This document shows positions 1 through 9,884 of a stretch of DNA of 58,963 nt, one piece after another. How positions within the stretch are numbered: position 1 is the first letter of the stretch; every line of letters begins with the position of its first letter. The translations under genes and the position numbers were made by a program. This DNA comes from a virus (Duplodnaviria; Caudoviricetes). Below the pieces are notes generated by a model. That model did not search any database. It was given only the letters and a program-made list of their open reading frames with translations, and had not been told where the DNA came from. Where the stretch lies: positions 1 through 58,963 of the IMG/VR virus record IMGVR_UViG_3300024264_002160; one strand, 5' to 3'.

Positions 1-3000
1 CCATTAACGGATTACGTAAAACTGGTAACGATTATTATAACTTTAAAGAATACTTTAAGACAAAAGTAAAACAAATATGGAATACAAGTTTATCAACAGA
101 TACGATTCGAGATATTGTTGATAAAGCCCTAACTGAAATTAACATTGGTAAAAATACTACATTTAATTACAGCAAGAGTGATATGGTGTATTATAATAGT
201 GAACGTACACAGACTATAAACATTACTAATGCAACTACTATATTCTACACAGATAATACCAGTAACATGTTTAATGATAGTCATAACCATGTTTATGTGT
301 ATATCAAGGATTACAACGGTAGCGAGTATGTTTGGCGTCCATTACAGCGAGATATTGATTATACTATTAATATTGATGAGCTTTCATTAACAACTGCGGC
401 TGTTCTTGACAGTAGTTCAACACCTGCACAATTGGAAATACGTTGGTATGACTTTAATAATTATAGTTATATTCCACCAAGCACAGTTAAACTTGGGTTG
501 ATTAAACCATACACTGTTGAAGTAGTTAATGGCAAACTATTAAACCATGATGGAAGTGTACATGTTTGTGATGGTACTGAATTTTACAATACAGCAGATA
601 CTAACTTTGATATTGTGTCTGCATGCTTATTGGAACTAGAAACAAGAATTGTAGCTGGTCTAATTGATAAACACTATATTATACAGCAACAACTTATGGA
701 TATTTTGCCAAATGCAAATCGCACTACTAGTAATAGTTGGGCCGATATGGCTGATATACTGGACGATTGGTACAACTCATACGCTACTAAAAACAACTTG
801 GTAGGATTTAATAGTGCTTCATATTATGATGTTAGCGATGAGTTTACCTGGAACTACAGTAGCGTTGGACCTAAGATTGGCAGCTGGAAAGGGATATACT
901 CTTACTACTTTGGTACAGATCGACCAGACACACACCCATGGAGAATGCTTGGACATCATCGTAAGCCAAGTTGGTGGGATACAAATTACAGTTGGACTGA
1001 TCCAACCAAACGTGCTGCACTTATTGCAAGTTTAAAAATTGGTGAAATTGGAGATCCGTCCTTGGCTAATAGATATACTGATGTATTGGTTAATCGCTCA
1101 GCATATGATTGGGATAATAATACACTGGTTACTACTGGCGGCACGATAAATGGACCAGTTACAGCAGGCGTTGTGCCTACCCCAACAGCTATTGAGCAAG
1201 CAAAAAACTTCCAGTTTAATGACTGGGGACCGATTGAAAATAGTTGGAGATCAACAAGTTTATTTACTTTTGCTTTAGCTGAAGCAGCATTGTTGTTTAA
1301 ACCATTCCGTGTTTTTGAAAACTTTTACAAACTAAATCATGTTAGTACAATTGAAACTATCAATACTAAACATGCTCAGCGAGTAATAGACACACCGAGA
1401 TTTAGAAGCAATTTAAAAAATACATCAATGCATCAACAGTCTGTAGACAAAAGAACAATTATAAATGTAGTTGTAGATACTTCAGGATCTGGCTATAATA
1501 ATAGTACTACAATAGACGCCAACAATACTAAATTTGGTGATAGTAAGTTCACAGTTAGAGTGGCCGGCGGAGAAGTCAAAGCAATTGGTGTTGCAAAGTC
1601 AGTTGCAGGATACTCAGATAATGTATCTCTTAGTATATCAGGACCAATTGGAGCTAGTGGAGCAACTGCTAGTGGGTTTACTGACATTATTAATCCAGTA
1701 ATACCTGGACTAAACAGTATAGTGGTTGAATGGGCTAGTAACTATAATATTACACCAGATGATCTTATTGAAAGTTTTGGAAATTTACAAAGTGAATTGA
1801 TGATACCAGTTGGTGGATATACTGATAAAAATATTATTTCTGTACTACTGGATAGTAGTTATCAGAAAGGTCCAGTAGAAATACCAAAGCAAGACTATAG
1901 TATTGTATTAACTAAAAGTTCACCTATCAAGAATGTATTTTATTCTGGACTTAAGATTACTAAAGGTGATTTTGGATATAGTGTAACTGGTTTTGATACA
2001 ACAAACAGAACCTTTACTGTGTATCCTGTTAGCGAAGGTGGTCACGTAAGCAAAATAGATATTGGGAATTTAGATGTTAAACGATTCCACAAATACAGAA
2101 ACAACACTGTAAAATATACATATGGGCATACTTTTCTTAAACGTCAAGACTTGTTTAACTTTATACTTGGACTTGGTGAATATTATCAAACGCAAGGATT
2201 TGAAGCTGAAGCTCGTTGGTTGCAAGATGCTCGCACTGCAATGGAATGGAGCCTCAGTGAGTCACCAAGCCCATTATATATCAACGGAGTACTAAACACA
2301 CTAGAGTTTACCCAAGGGTCAGTGGGGTATGTAGACTATATAGGCTATAGTTATGATGGTACTTCTAATATTATTAACAGTGACAACAAGCAGATTAAAC
2401 CAAGTCAGATGCTGGTATTGCGTAACGATACAACTACTGAATTTAGTTTAAAGGATACTACAAAAGAGATGTTTGGTCTTAATGTAAGTGTTGTTGAATA
2501 CGAACATATTATTACATTAAACAACCTTAGCCAGTTTAGTGATATTACATATGATCCAGTAACTGGTATTTCACATACACGCATTAAACTAGAAGGCGAG
2601 CGTACACGTAACTGGAATGGGCGTATTGAAGCACCAGGATATTTGGTTAAATCAGATGGTATTATGAGCAACTTGGAAACAAGTGTTCGTGAAGTTGAAC
2701 GTGATAACATCAACAGTGATAGTAAAACATTAAACCTATCTACTAGACAGACTGCAAGATTTAATACTGGGTACATTGAGGGAAGTTATCTAAGCAATAC
2801 ATTTATTGAAGACAACGCTGGATACAACTTTGGCAAAGGATTACGTAAAATGAAAGGCACAACTGTTGCAGTTGATGCATTTATGCGTAATCAAAACTTA
2901 TTTGGAACTACCCAAAGTTATGATATATATGAAGAGTGGATGGTAAGACTGGGCGATTATGGCGATACTCAAAAGCGTAACCCAATTGAAATACAACTTG

Positions 3001-6000
3001 ATAGTAACTTACTTAAAACTAACCCACAGGCAATACGCTTTAATGAAAATTACGTCAGTGACAATGCTGGCGACCTTATAATAGATTATCACAGTGGTAG
3101 TACTACCCTTATTACTGGCGATTTAACTAAGCCTTTTGACGTATTACCTCCGGAGTATAACAATACCAGTAGTATTAGTGTAAGTGAAAAGTTTAAATCA
3201 CATTTGCCATTAGCGGGATTGCCACTGGCAAGTGAAGCTGAACACAAATTAAAAAGCATTGACGATATTGGAAGTGCATACAGTATCCTGGAAGATTATG
3301 CTACCTTACCAAATTGGAGTGCAGTTGTTGCATACAAAACTGGAGATATGGTACGCAAGGATGGTAAAGTATACCAGTTAAATATTGCAACCACAGGACT
3401 AAGCAGTATAAGTGACACAATTATATTACGTGGTAGCACATTATATCCAAGTGTGCCTAGTGGTGAAACTCTAATAATTGACGGTACTACAATTACAATC
3501 AGTAAAACAAGTACCACTACTGCATATGATGTTATCAATGTGGATGGTACAATTAATAATCCAACAGCACCCAACAATAGTACACTTATTATTGACGGGT
3601 CAACTATAGTTTTAGATAAAACTATAACCACAACAAACTATGCACCTATTGTAGTAACTGGAACTGTAGGCAATCCTACAGTCACAGGTAATGTAGGCGA
3701 AGGCCTACTAATAGATGGTACATTTGTTGACCTTGTACAGAATACTAGCATTACCACTAATATTAGTGCATTGAGTGCATTAGAACAAGGATTTTCACCA
3801 GCGTTTGTTACTAGTGCTAGTGAAAATACTGTAGCAGTTGCTAGAATTAATGCACTGGAAGACTTGCGTGTTGCATACACTGCAATTGAAGGCGGAAGTG
3901 CGTGGACCACATGGATTGGAAACTACTACACTGGCACATTTGCTAATAGTGGATTAAACATACCATATTTGTCTACTGAATTAAGCGGTGCAAATGCTGG
4001 GTACAGTGCAGAGATAACAACATTATTGCAAAATGATGTAGATATTGTTAATGCATGTACAAACCAAAGTTACACCACTGGCAGTTTACCAACAAATAGT
4101 GACAGAACTACATCAGTAAATGCACTGGCAACTGGTACATATATAGATGACTTTGCTACATTTGTAAAAATTGGTGGAAGTATACTAACCGGTTCAACAG
4201 TCGCTACAGTGAATACTACAGTGCCACGTATTTTTGATATTGATGACTTAATAAGTGAGATCCAAAGCTCACTAACAAGTGCTGGTAATTCTACTATTAC
4301 ACCAAGTAAAAATGCTACTAATCAGTTGGTAATTACAAAAACTGCAAGTGCTGGAGACTCAAGTTTAACAATTGGTAGTGCGGGCAGTAATACTGAAGTA
4401 GGATTTAGTACTAATAGTCAAGTATATAATTCACAAACAAGCACAGTGGTATCAGGCGGTACTCTTAATCTTAATGAAATTATACAAGAAATTAATGAAG
4501 CATCTTTAAGTGGTGTTAGTGCATCCGCAAATGGAACACAACTACGTATACAAAGTGTAAATCAAACCATAACTATTGGTTCAGGCACTGCCAATGGTAA
4601 CGTTGGTATCGGAGTTGGTACTACTAATGCCACAACAACAGTTACTACATCACCAACAGATTCACAAATTTACGATATTGTTGATCAAATTAACAGTGCA
4701 TCTATTAGTGGTATAACAGCAACTAATGTTAACAATAATTTGGTGTTAAACAGTACAAATGATACACTTGTTATAGGCTCTGGTACAGCAAACGTCAGTG
4801 TGGGCATAAGTGCAGGTACAATAACTGCATCAACCACAGTTACAAATACATTTAGTGCTAGTGATTGGAATCAGATTGAAGACCCTGCAAATGCCAAATT
4901 AAGTACTTGGGTATTAGACAACATTGGAATTACAACCACTGACTACAGTAGATCTGCAGGATATAATGTATACCAAACATTTGATTATGATTTTGAAATT
5001 ACAGAAATTTGTGCAGGTAATGAAACTGGCGATGATGCACTGATTAAAACTTCAGTAGATCACAATTTGTCAAGTGGTGATTATGTAGTTATAATCAACA
5101 GTACAAGCACACCAAGTGTTGACGGCATACATCAAGTTACACGAGTAGATGATTCAAATCACTTCTATATTGACAAGTATATTGAATCATTGGGTAAAGG
5201 TGGAAAACTTTTAGCACTACGCCCTACTAAATTTAACAACAACACAGAATTAACAAACACATTAACAAATTCCAAATACTATAACAACCTTAAAGGTTGG
5301 CGTGTGGGTATGTTAGCATATGTTGACAATGTTATTACTAACGGTATTAGTACTAACCTTGGTGCAGTTTATCAGACAGTTCAAGGAACTAACGGTATTG
5401 AATTTAAAAAGATAAGAGATCAAGCAAAGCGTACAGACAACAGTATGATCAAAAATGCAATTTTGTATAATACACATACGCAACAAACTGTACAAACATT
5501 TGAAGTATTCCATCCACTGGCTGGCATTATTCCAGGTGTGGTTGATACTGAGTTATCGTATAAGTTAAATTTTGACACAGCTAACTATACCAACACAACT
5601 GATAGCACGTACTCAATTACAGATTCAAATTATTGGGACGAACAGCATATTGGAGAAACATGGTGGGATATAAGTAACGCAGTATATTATGATTATGAGC
5701 AAGGTGATCTTGTTTATAAACAAAGCTGGTGGGCAACATTATTCCCAACTAGTAGTATTGATATATACGAATGGACCAAGAGTACAGTTACACCAGATGA
5801 ATATGAAGCTGAAGTTCGTGCTGGTACTGTTGTTGACGGCATACAGTTAAGTGGCACTCCATATATACGTGATGGCGAATACGGCGAAGCAGTATACTAC
5901 TGGACTGAACTTACTGAATATAATATTTCCAGTGAACAAGAAGAAACATTTTACTACTTCTGGGTCAAAAACAAAACAACAAAAACTGGAGATAATCGTC

Positions 6001-8159
6001 AGTTTACAACAACTCAATTGACTAATATACTGAGTGATCCTAGTACGTTTGGATACAACTGGATTGCATCATCTGGCAGTAGCACAAACCAAGATCAAGA
6101 AAATAGTATACTAGTAAGTAACTTGGAAACATTTATCAACAATGGCGAAAGTGCTTTACAATTAAACTTTGCTAATTCAGATATTGACTTACATCGTGAA
6201 TATGTGTTGCTGGCAGAAAATGACCCAGCTACAGTAATTCCAGAGTGGCTACACATGGGCTTACGTGATAGTATTGCTAGTTTTGATAAAACTTCAGTAA
6301 CTGAACCATACGCCGTGTGGAATGCTTCTGCATCATATACACAGGGTGAATTAGTACAAGCATCAGACGGTACCTTCCATCGTGCATCAACTTCTAATGT
6401 TAACAATGATCCTGTTACTGATTCAGCTAATACATGGAGTCAGATATATGTTAGTAAAATCAATCCTGACACAACTGATATAGATATAAACCAAGCAACT
6501 GTTGAGATACCTCAACCAAATCCAGTACCGGACAGTAATTTACATCCACTGGCACAGTATGGTAGTATGATACGTCCAAGACAAAGTTGGATCAAGTATT
6601 TGCCGGAAGCTAGACGGGTATTGGTTGATAAATTAAACAGACAGTTATTAAAAATTAACTTGATTGACACAGTTAAAAATTGGGATAAGGTTTTAAACTC
6701 AACAATTGTTAGTGGACAGCACAGTTATAAAATTAATGACTATTGGTCGTACACTGACTGGATGGTAGATGGGTTTATTATTGGACAAGATACTGATCGA
6801 ACAGTTACCCTACGCAGTGAACTTGCACTTACTCCTGGTATTGCAGGAGAGACAGCACGTGTCTTAAAGAGTTCACCAAATGAACAAGTAAGAAGACAGC
6901 AGATATTTAAATACAGTGGAACAACATGGGAACTGCAATTTAAAGAAAAAGCAACTATACAGTTTAAAACTTTATTGTGGGATTATAATAAAGAAGATTT
7001 TGGTTGGGATACTGGCAATTGGGACTTTACATTGTGGGATCACGATCCAGGTGCGATGTTGGGAGAAATACTGGATACGCTAAGATTTGATATTTTTGTA
7101 GGACAATATCAGCCATTATATGCTGATATGTGGTTTACAATGCTAAATTATGTAAACAGTGAGCAGAATAATCTTGACTGGGCGTTTAAATCAACGTATA
7201 TTAAAGCAGTGATTAAACACAACTTAGATAAAAATACCAAACTGTTTGAACTTGATAGAATAGACGATGTAATTGATTACATAAATGATATTAAGCCGTT
7301 CCATACTAAAATGCGTAACCTGTATACCCAGCGTGATCATCTAGATCAGTTTAAAGTTACAGCACAAGAGATTATGTATGGAATTAACATTACAGAAAAA
7401 TTAGATGCCCATGCAAACACTGGATTTGATGGCGTATTATTGGAAGGCGGTTCAAACTGGGCAATTGGCACAAATACTGATACTAGTTTGTTTACAACAC
7501 AAGAAACAGCAAGTGGTGCAGACATAAGTAATACTACAATAACAGTGGATGCTAGTAATATTAGTATTGATGGTAGTGATAGTGAGTTTACTGACATATA
7601 CGCAACTCACGGGTTCCTACAACCACAGTATGCAGGACATGGCACAGAACTATATCCAGCACAATTTGATGAAGCACTAGAGCTTCGTGTTACAACAAAT
7701 GTTACTGGTAGTACTGAAGATGCAAATAGTAAACGATTCAGAATGTTTATGGACAGTAACCGTGAAACTGAAGCAGTGGTAATTAATGTTAACACTACAC
7801 TAAGTGGCGACATTACACTTACTGACACTTCGATTCCAGTAACAAGTGGATCAGTGTTGTACAATGCAACACCAGATCAACTGGGTGTGATATGGATTGG
7901 AAATGAGCGTATTACATATACGCATATTGATAACGACACGCTAATAAATTGTACTCGAGGTACAGGTGGCACATGTAGTACAGCGCACAGTAATGGTGAT
8001 ACTGTATACGAATCAGGCCCTACAGTACGTATACCAGCACTAGACGAGCTTCAGGATTACGGTCAGCAACTACTGCCAGCATTTAATGACTTTGGTAAAA
8101 GCATAACCGATGCAACTAGTACTAGTAGTGAAGCCAAGTTTGTATATGACAACGGATAA
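1..8159 (+). CDS. Giant virion structural protein (baseplate/tail-associated), 5'-truncated, >2,700 aa
   Basis: The frame is open from position 3 (INGLRKTGNDYY...) into the ATG at 183, so the real start lies upstream of the window. The protein is T/S/N/G-rich, has two CBM5/12-like W..Y..G..V motifs and flagellin-IN-like repeats, and ends in a 'CTRGTGGT...H..G..V' motif. It heads a run of structural genes. Confidence 0.75.
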   Translation, partial: INGLRKTGNDYYNFKEYFKTKVKQIWNTSLSTDTIRDIVDKALTEINIGKNTTFNYSKSDMVYYNSERTQTINITNATTIFYTDNTSNMFNDSHNHVYVYIKDYNGSEYVWRPLQRDIDYTINIDELSLTTAAVLDSSSTPAQLEIRWYDFNNYSYIPPSTVKLGLIKPYTVEVVNGKLLNHDGSVHVCDGTEFYNTADTNFDIVSACLLELETRIVAGLIDKHYIIQQQLMDILPNANRTTSNSWADMADILDDWYNSYATKNNLVGFNSASYYDVSDEFTWNYSSVGPKIGSWKGIYSYYFGTDRPDTHPWRMLGHHRKPSWWDTNYSWTDPTKRAALIASLKIGEIGDPSLANRYTDVLVNRSAYDWDNNTLVTTGGTINGPVTAGVVPTPTAIEQAKNFQFNDWGPIENSWRSTSLFTFALAEAALLFKPFRVFENFYKLNHVSTIETINTKHAQRVIDTPRFRSNLKNTSMHQQSVDKRTIINVVVDTSGSGYNNSTTIDANNTKFGDSKFTVRVAGGEVKAIGVAKSVAGYSDNVSLSISGPIGASGATASGFTDIINPVIPGLNSIVVEWASNYNITPDDLIESFGNLQSELMIPVGGYTDKNIISVLLDSSYQKGPVEIPKQDYSIVLTKSSPIKNVFYSGLKITKGDFGYSVTGFDTTNRTFTVYPVSEGGHVSKIDIGNLDVKRFHKYRNNTVKYTYGHTFLKRQDLFNFILGLGEYYQTQGFEAEARWLQDARTAMEWSLSESPSPLYINGVLNTLEFTQGSVGYVDYIGYSYDGTSNIINSDNKQIKPSQMLVLRNDTTTEFSLKDTTKEMFGLNVSVVEYEHIITLNNLSQFSDITYDPVTGISHTRIKLEGERTRNWNGRIEAPGYLVKSDGIMSNLETSVREVERDNINSDSKTLNLSTRQTARFNTGYIEGSYLSNTFIEDNAGYNFGKGLRKMKGTTVAVDAFMRNQNLFGTTQSYDIYEEWMVRLGDYGDTQKRNPIEIQLDSNLLKTNPQAIRFNENYVSDNAGDLIIDYHSGSTTLITGDLTKPFDVLPPEYNNTSSISVSEKFKSHLPLAGLPLASEAEHKLKSIDDIGSAYSILEDYATLPNWSAVVAYKTGDMVRKDGKVYQLNIATTGLSSISDTIILRGSTLYPSVPSGETLIIDGTTITISKTSTTTAYDVINVDGTINNPTAPNNSTLIIDGSTIVLDKTITTTNYAPIVVTGTVGNPTVTGNVGEGLLIDGTFVDLVQNTSITTNISALSALEQGFSPAFVTSASENTVAVARINALEDLRVAYTAIEGGSAWTTWIGNYYTGTFANSGLNIPYLSTELSGANAGYSAEITTLLQNDVDIVNACTNQSYTTGSLPTNSDRTTSVNALATGTYIDDFATFVKIGGSILTGSTVATVNTTVPRIFDIDDLISEIQSSLTSAGNSTITPSKNATNQLVITKTASAGDSSLTIGSAGSNTEVGFSTNSQVYNSQTSTVVSGGTLNLNEIIQEINEASLSGVSASANGTQLRIQSVNQTITIGSGTANGNVGIGVGTTNATTTVTTSPTDSQIYDIVDQINSASISGITATNVNNNLVLNSTNDTLVIGSGTANVSVGISAGTITASTTVTNTFSASDWNQIEDPANAKLSTWVLDNIGITTTDYSRSAGYNVYQTFDYDFEITEICAGNETGDDALIKTSVDHNLSSGDYVVIINSTSTPSVDGIHQVTRVDDSNHFYIDKYIESLGKGGKLLALRPTKFNNNTELTNTLTNSKYYNNLKGWRVGMLAYVDNVITNGISTNLGAVYQTVQGTNGIEFKKIRDQAKRTDNSMIKNAILYNTHTQQTVQTFEVFHPLAGIIPGVVDTELSYKLNFDTANYTNTTDSTYSITDSNYWDEQHIGETWWDISNAVYYDYEQGDLVYKQSWWATLFPTSSIDIYEWTKSTVTPDEYEAEVRAGTVVDGIQLSGTPYIRDGEYGEAVYYWTELTEYNISSEQEETFYYFWVKNKTTKTGDNRQFTTTQLTNILSDPSTFGYNWIASSGSSTNQDQENSILVSNLETFINNGESALQLNFANSDIDLHREYVLLAENDPATVIPEWLHMGLRDSIASFDKTSVTEPYAVWNASASYTQGELVQASDGTFHRASTSNVNNDPVTDSANTWSQIYVSKINPDTTDIDINQATVEIPQPNPVPDSNLHPLAQYGSMIRPRQSWIKYLPEARRVLVDKLNRQLLKINLIDTVKNWDKVLNSTIVSGQHSYKINDYWSYTDWMVDGFIIGQDTDRTVTLRSELALTPGIAGETARVLKSSPNEQVRRQQIFKYSGTTWELQFKEKATIQFKTLLWDYNKEDFGWDTGNWDFTLWDHDPGAMLGEILDTLRFDIFVGQYQPLYADMWFTMLNYVNSEQNNLDWAFKSTYIKAVIKHNLDKNTKLFELDRIDDVIDYINDIKPFHTKMRNLYTQRDHLDQFKVTAQEIMYGINITEKLDAHANTGFDGVLLEGGSNWAIGTNTDTSLFTTQETASGADISNTTITVDASNISIDGSDSEFTDIYATHGFLQPQYAGHGTELYPAQFDEALELRVTTNVTGSTEDANSKRFRMFMDSNRETEAVVINVNTTLSGDITLTDTSIPVTSGSVLYNATPDQLGVIWIGNERITYTHIDNDTLINCTRGTGGTCSTAHSNGDTVYESGPTVRIPALDELQDYGQQLLPAFNDFGKSITDATSTSSEAKFVYDNG
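3420..4820 (+). repeat. Protein-level repeats: 3x 'G..P....L.IDG..I/V' followed by 3x 'D/EI...I..AS..G..A....L.I......L.IGS' around a central unique domain
   Basis: N-halves are IILRGSTLYPSVPSGETLIIDGTTI, INVDGTINNPTAPNNSTLIIDGSTI and IVVTGTVGNPTVTGNVGEGLLIDGTFV. C-halves are DDLISEIQSSL..., NEIIQEINEASLSGVSA... and DIVDQINSASISGITA... Confidence 0.75.
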
Positions 8160-8179
8160 AATACTAAGATTATAAAACG

Positions 8180-8187
8180 TATAAATA
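8180..8187 (+). promoter_or_regulatory. T4-like late promoter TATAAATA
   Basis: Exact TATAAATA in the 50-bp intergenic gap, followed by a TAGGA SD-like site and the ATG at 8210. Confidence 0.7.
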
Positions 8188-8209
8188 AGTATAATAGGAA
8201 ATTAAGAAC

Positions 8210-8815
8210 ATGCATCAGTTACAAGAAATTGAAAAAACAGGGTTAGGCGTTATGGGCCACATTAAGATTCAGGATCCTGAATCTGGTGAGGTATTTGTAG
8301 ATAAACGTAATGCTATTAACTATGAAAATATGAGTGTTGCTATTGCGCATCTGTTATCTAATTTAACAGACGGTGATGGTACAACAGGAAACGCATACCA
8401 TGTTTTAAACATGGGCTTTGGTAATGGTGGTGTTAATGTTGATGCTACTGGCGTAGTAACTTATCAAGCAACAAATACAAATAGTGCTACTGGACAATTG
8501 TATAACGAAACATATAGCAAAGGCGTTGCAAATACAGCAAGCGCAGATGCTGACAATCATATGGTTGTGTTACACACCGGCGGTAATACTTATAGTGATA
8601 TTGTTATCACTTGTACACTTGGCTACAATGAGCCAGCTGGTCAGGACGCATTAGATAATGCTGCTAACTTGACTGGAAATTACATTTTTGATGAATTAGG
8701 GTTAAAGACTCCAGGAGGCGTGCATTTAACTCACGTTATTTTCCATCCTGTACAGAAGAGTGCAAACCGTAAAATTCAAATCATATATACAATTAGAATT
8801 ACAGCAGGATCATAA
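8210..8815 (+). CDS. Putative baseplate/tail structural protein
   Basis: 201 aa with GHIKI.D....E.....NAI and YIFDELGL...THVIFHPVQKS.NR.IQI.YT motifs, typical of large-phage structural clusters. Late promoter upstream. Confidence 0.6.
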   Translation: MHQLQEIEKTGLGVMGHIKIQDPESGEVFVDKRNAINYENMSVAIAHLLSNLTDGDGTTGNAYHVLNMGFGNGGVNVDATGVVTYQATNTNSATGQLYNETYSKGVANTASADADNHMVVLHTGGNTYSDIVITCTLGYNEPAGQDALDNAANLTGNYIFDELGLKTPGGVHLTHVIFHPVQKSANRKIQIIYTIRITAGS

Positions 8816-8818
8816 GAC

Positions 8819-9883
8819 ATGGCATATACAGTAGATTATACAGACGGAACAAAAACAGCAATCCTTGTCAATGACGGAACAGTAGACACAACCACTGACC
8901 TCAAGTTAATTGGTAAAAACTACAGCCGTTACGGTGAAGTTGTAGCAGAAGACTTTTTACATCTGCTAGAAAACTTTGCTGGGGGAACAGCGCCAAACCG
9001 GCCAAGTGAGGGCCAGCTTTGGTATGATAGTACAAATAATTGTATGAAATATTTTGACGATACACAAGGAAACAGCGGCAACTGGAAAGGTGTCGGTAGT
9101 ATGACAGTACAAAGTGCTGCACCAAACGGTGTTGGCGAAACAGACGGTCATATGTGGTTAGACAGTGATAACGGTCAGCTTTATATGTATTATAACGGTG
9201 CATGGCAAACAGTTAGTAGTCCACTAGGCACAACACAGTTTGTTGCACGTACTAGAATTGATACAGCAAATGCAAGTCATAGCACATTAGAAATGATTGT
9301 TAACGGTGAAATTGTTTCAATTGTTAGTAGTGATGCGGCAGATTGGGCACCAAACACAGCCGGTGCAACAGCTGAGTACTTGGAGAATGGAACTACATTA
9401 CTTAATACACAGTTTCCAACATTAAAGCAAGGTATTAACATGAACAACGGTTCAAGTTACTTGTTTAATGGTACTGCTACTTCAGCACAGTATGCTGACC
9501 TTGCAGAACGTTATGAAGCAGATCAACCAATTGCATACGGTACAGTTGTAGACTTGGGTGGCGAAAAAGAAGTAACCACCAGTAGTACTGAATGTTCAAG
9601 CGCAGTATTTGGAGTTGTATCAACTAATCCAGGACTTATGCTAAATTCAAATGCAGGAACAGATGATACACATCCGTACATTGCACTTGCAGGTCGAGTA
9701 CCATGCAAAGTAATAGGAACAACCAACAAAGGAGACAGACTAGTCACTTCAAGTACCCCAGGTCATGCCAGAGCAGTTAGTGATGGCGAAGATTGTACAT
9801 ACCAGCACATAATTGGTAGAGCCCTTGATGCTAAAATAAATCAAGAGCCAGGGTTAATTGAAATTGTAGTAGGAGTCAAGTAA
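8819..9883 (+). CDS. Tail fibre/spike-like protein with C-terminal intramolecular chaperone / autoproteolytic (Peptidase_G2-like) domain
   Basis: N-terminal LIGKNY..YGE....FLHLLENFA anchor and two 'G.LW.D' fibre repeats. C-terminal ATSAQYADLAERY...GVVSTNP...ALAGRVPCKV...KGD.LV.S..PG...IIGRAL. Confidence 0.7.
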   Translation: MAYTVDYTDGTKTAILVNDGTVDTTTDLKLIGKNYSRYGEVVAEDFLHLLENFAGGTAPNRPSEGQLWYDSTNNCMKYFDDTQGNSGNWKGVGSMTVQSAAPNGVGETDGHMWLDSDNGQLYMYYNGAWQTVSSPLGTTQFVARTRIDTANASHSTLEMIVNGEIVSIVSSDAADWAPNTAGATAEYLENGTTLLNTQFPTLKQGINMNNGSSYLFNGTATSAQYADLAERYEADQPIAYGTVVDLGGEKEVTTSSTECSSAVFGVVSTNPGLMLNSNAGTDDTHPYIALAGRVPCKVIGTTNKGDRLVTSSTPGHARAVSDGEDCTYQHIIGRALDAKINQEPGLIEIVVGVK

Positions 9884-9884
9884 A

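Noticed and set aside
183-185. ATG at 183 as start of the giant protein
   Set aside because: The frame is open to the window edge with no upstream stop or RBS, so the gene is 5'-truncated.
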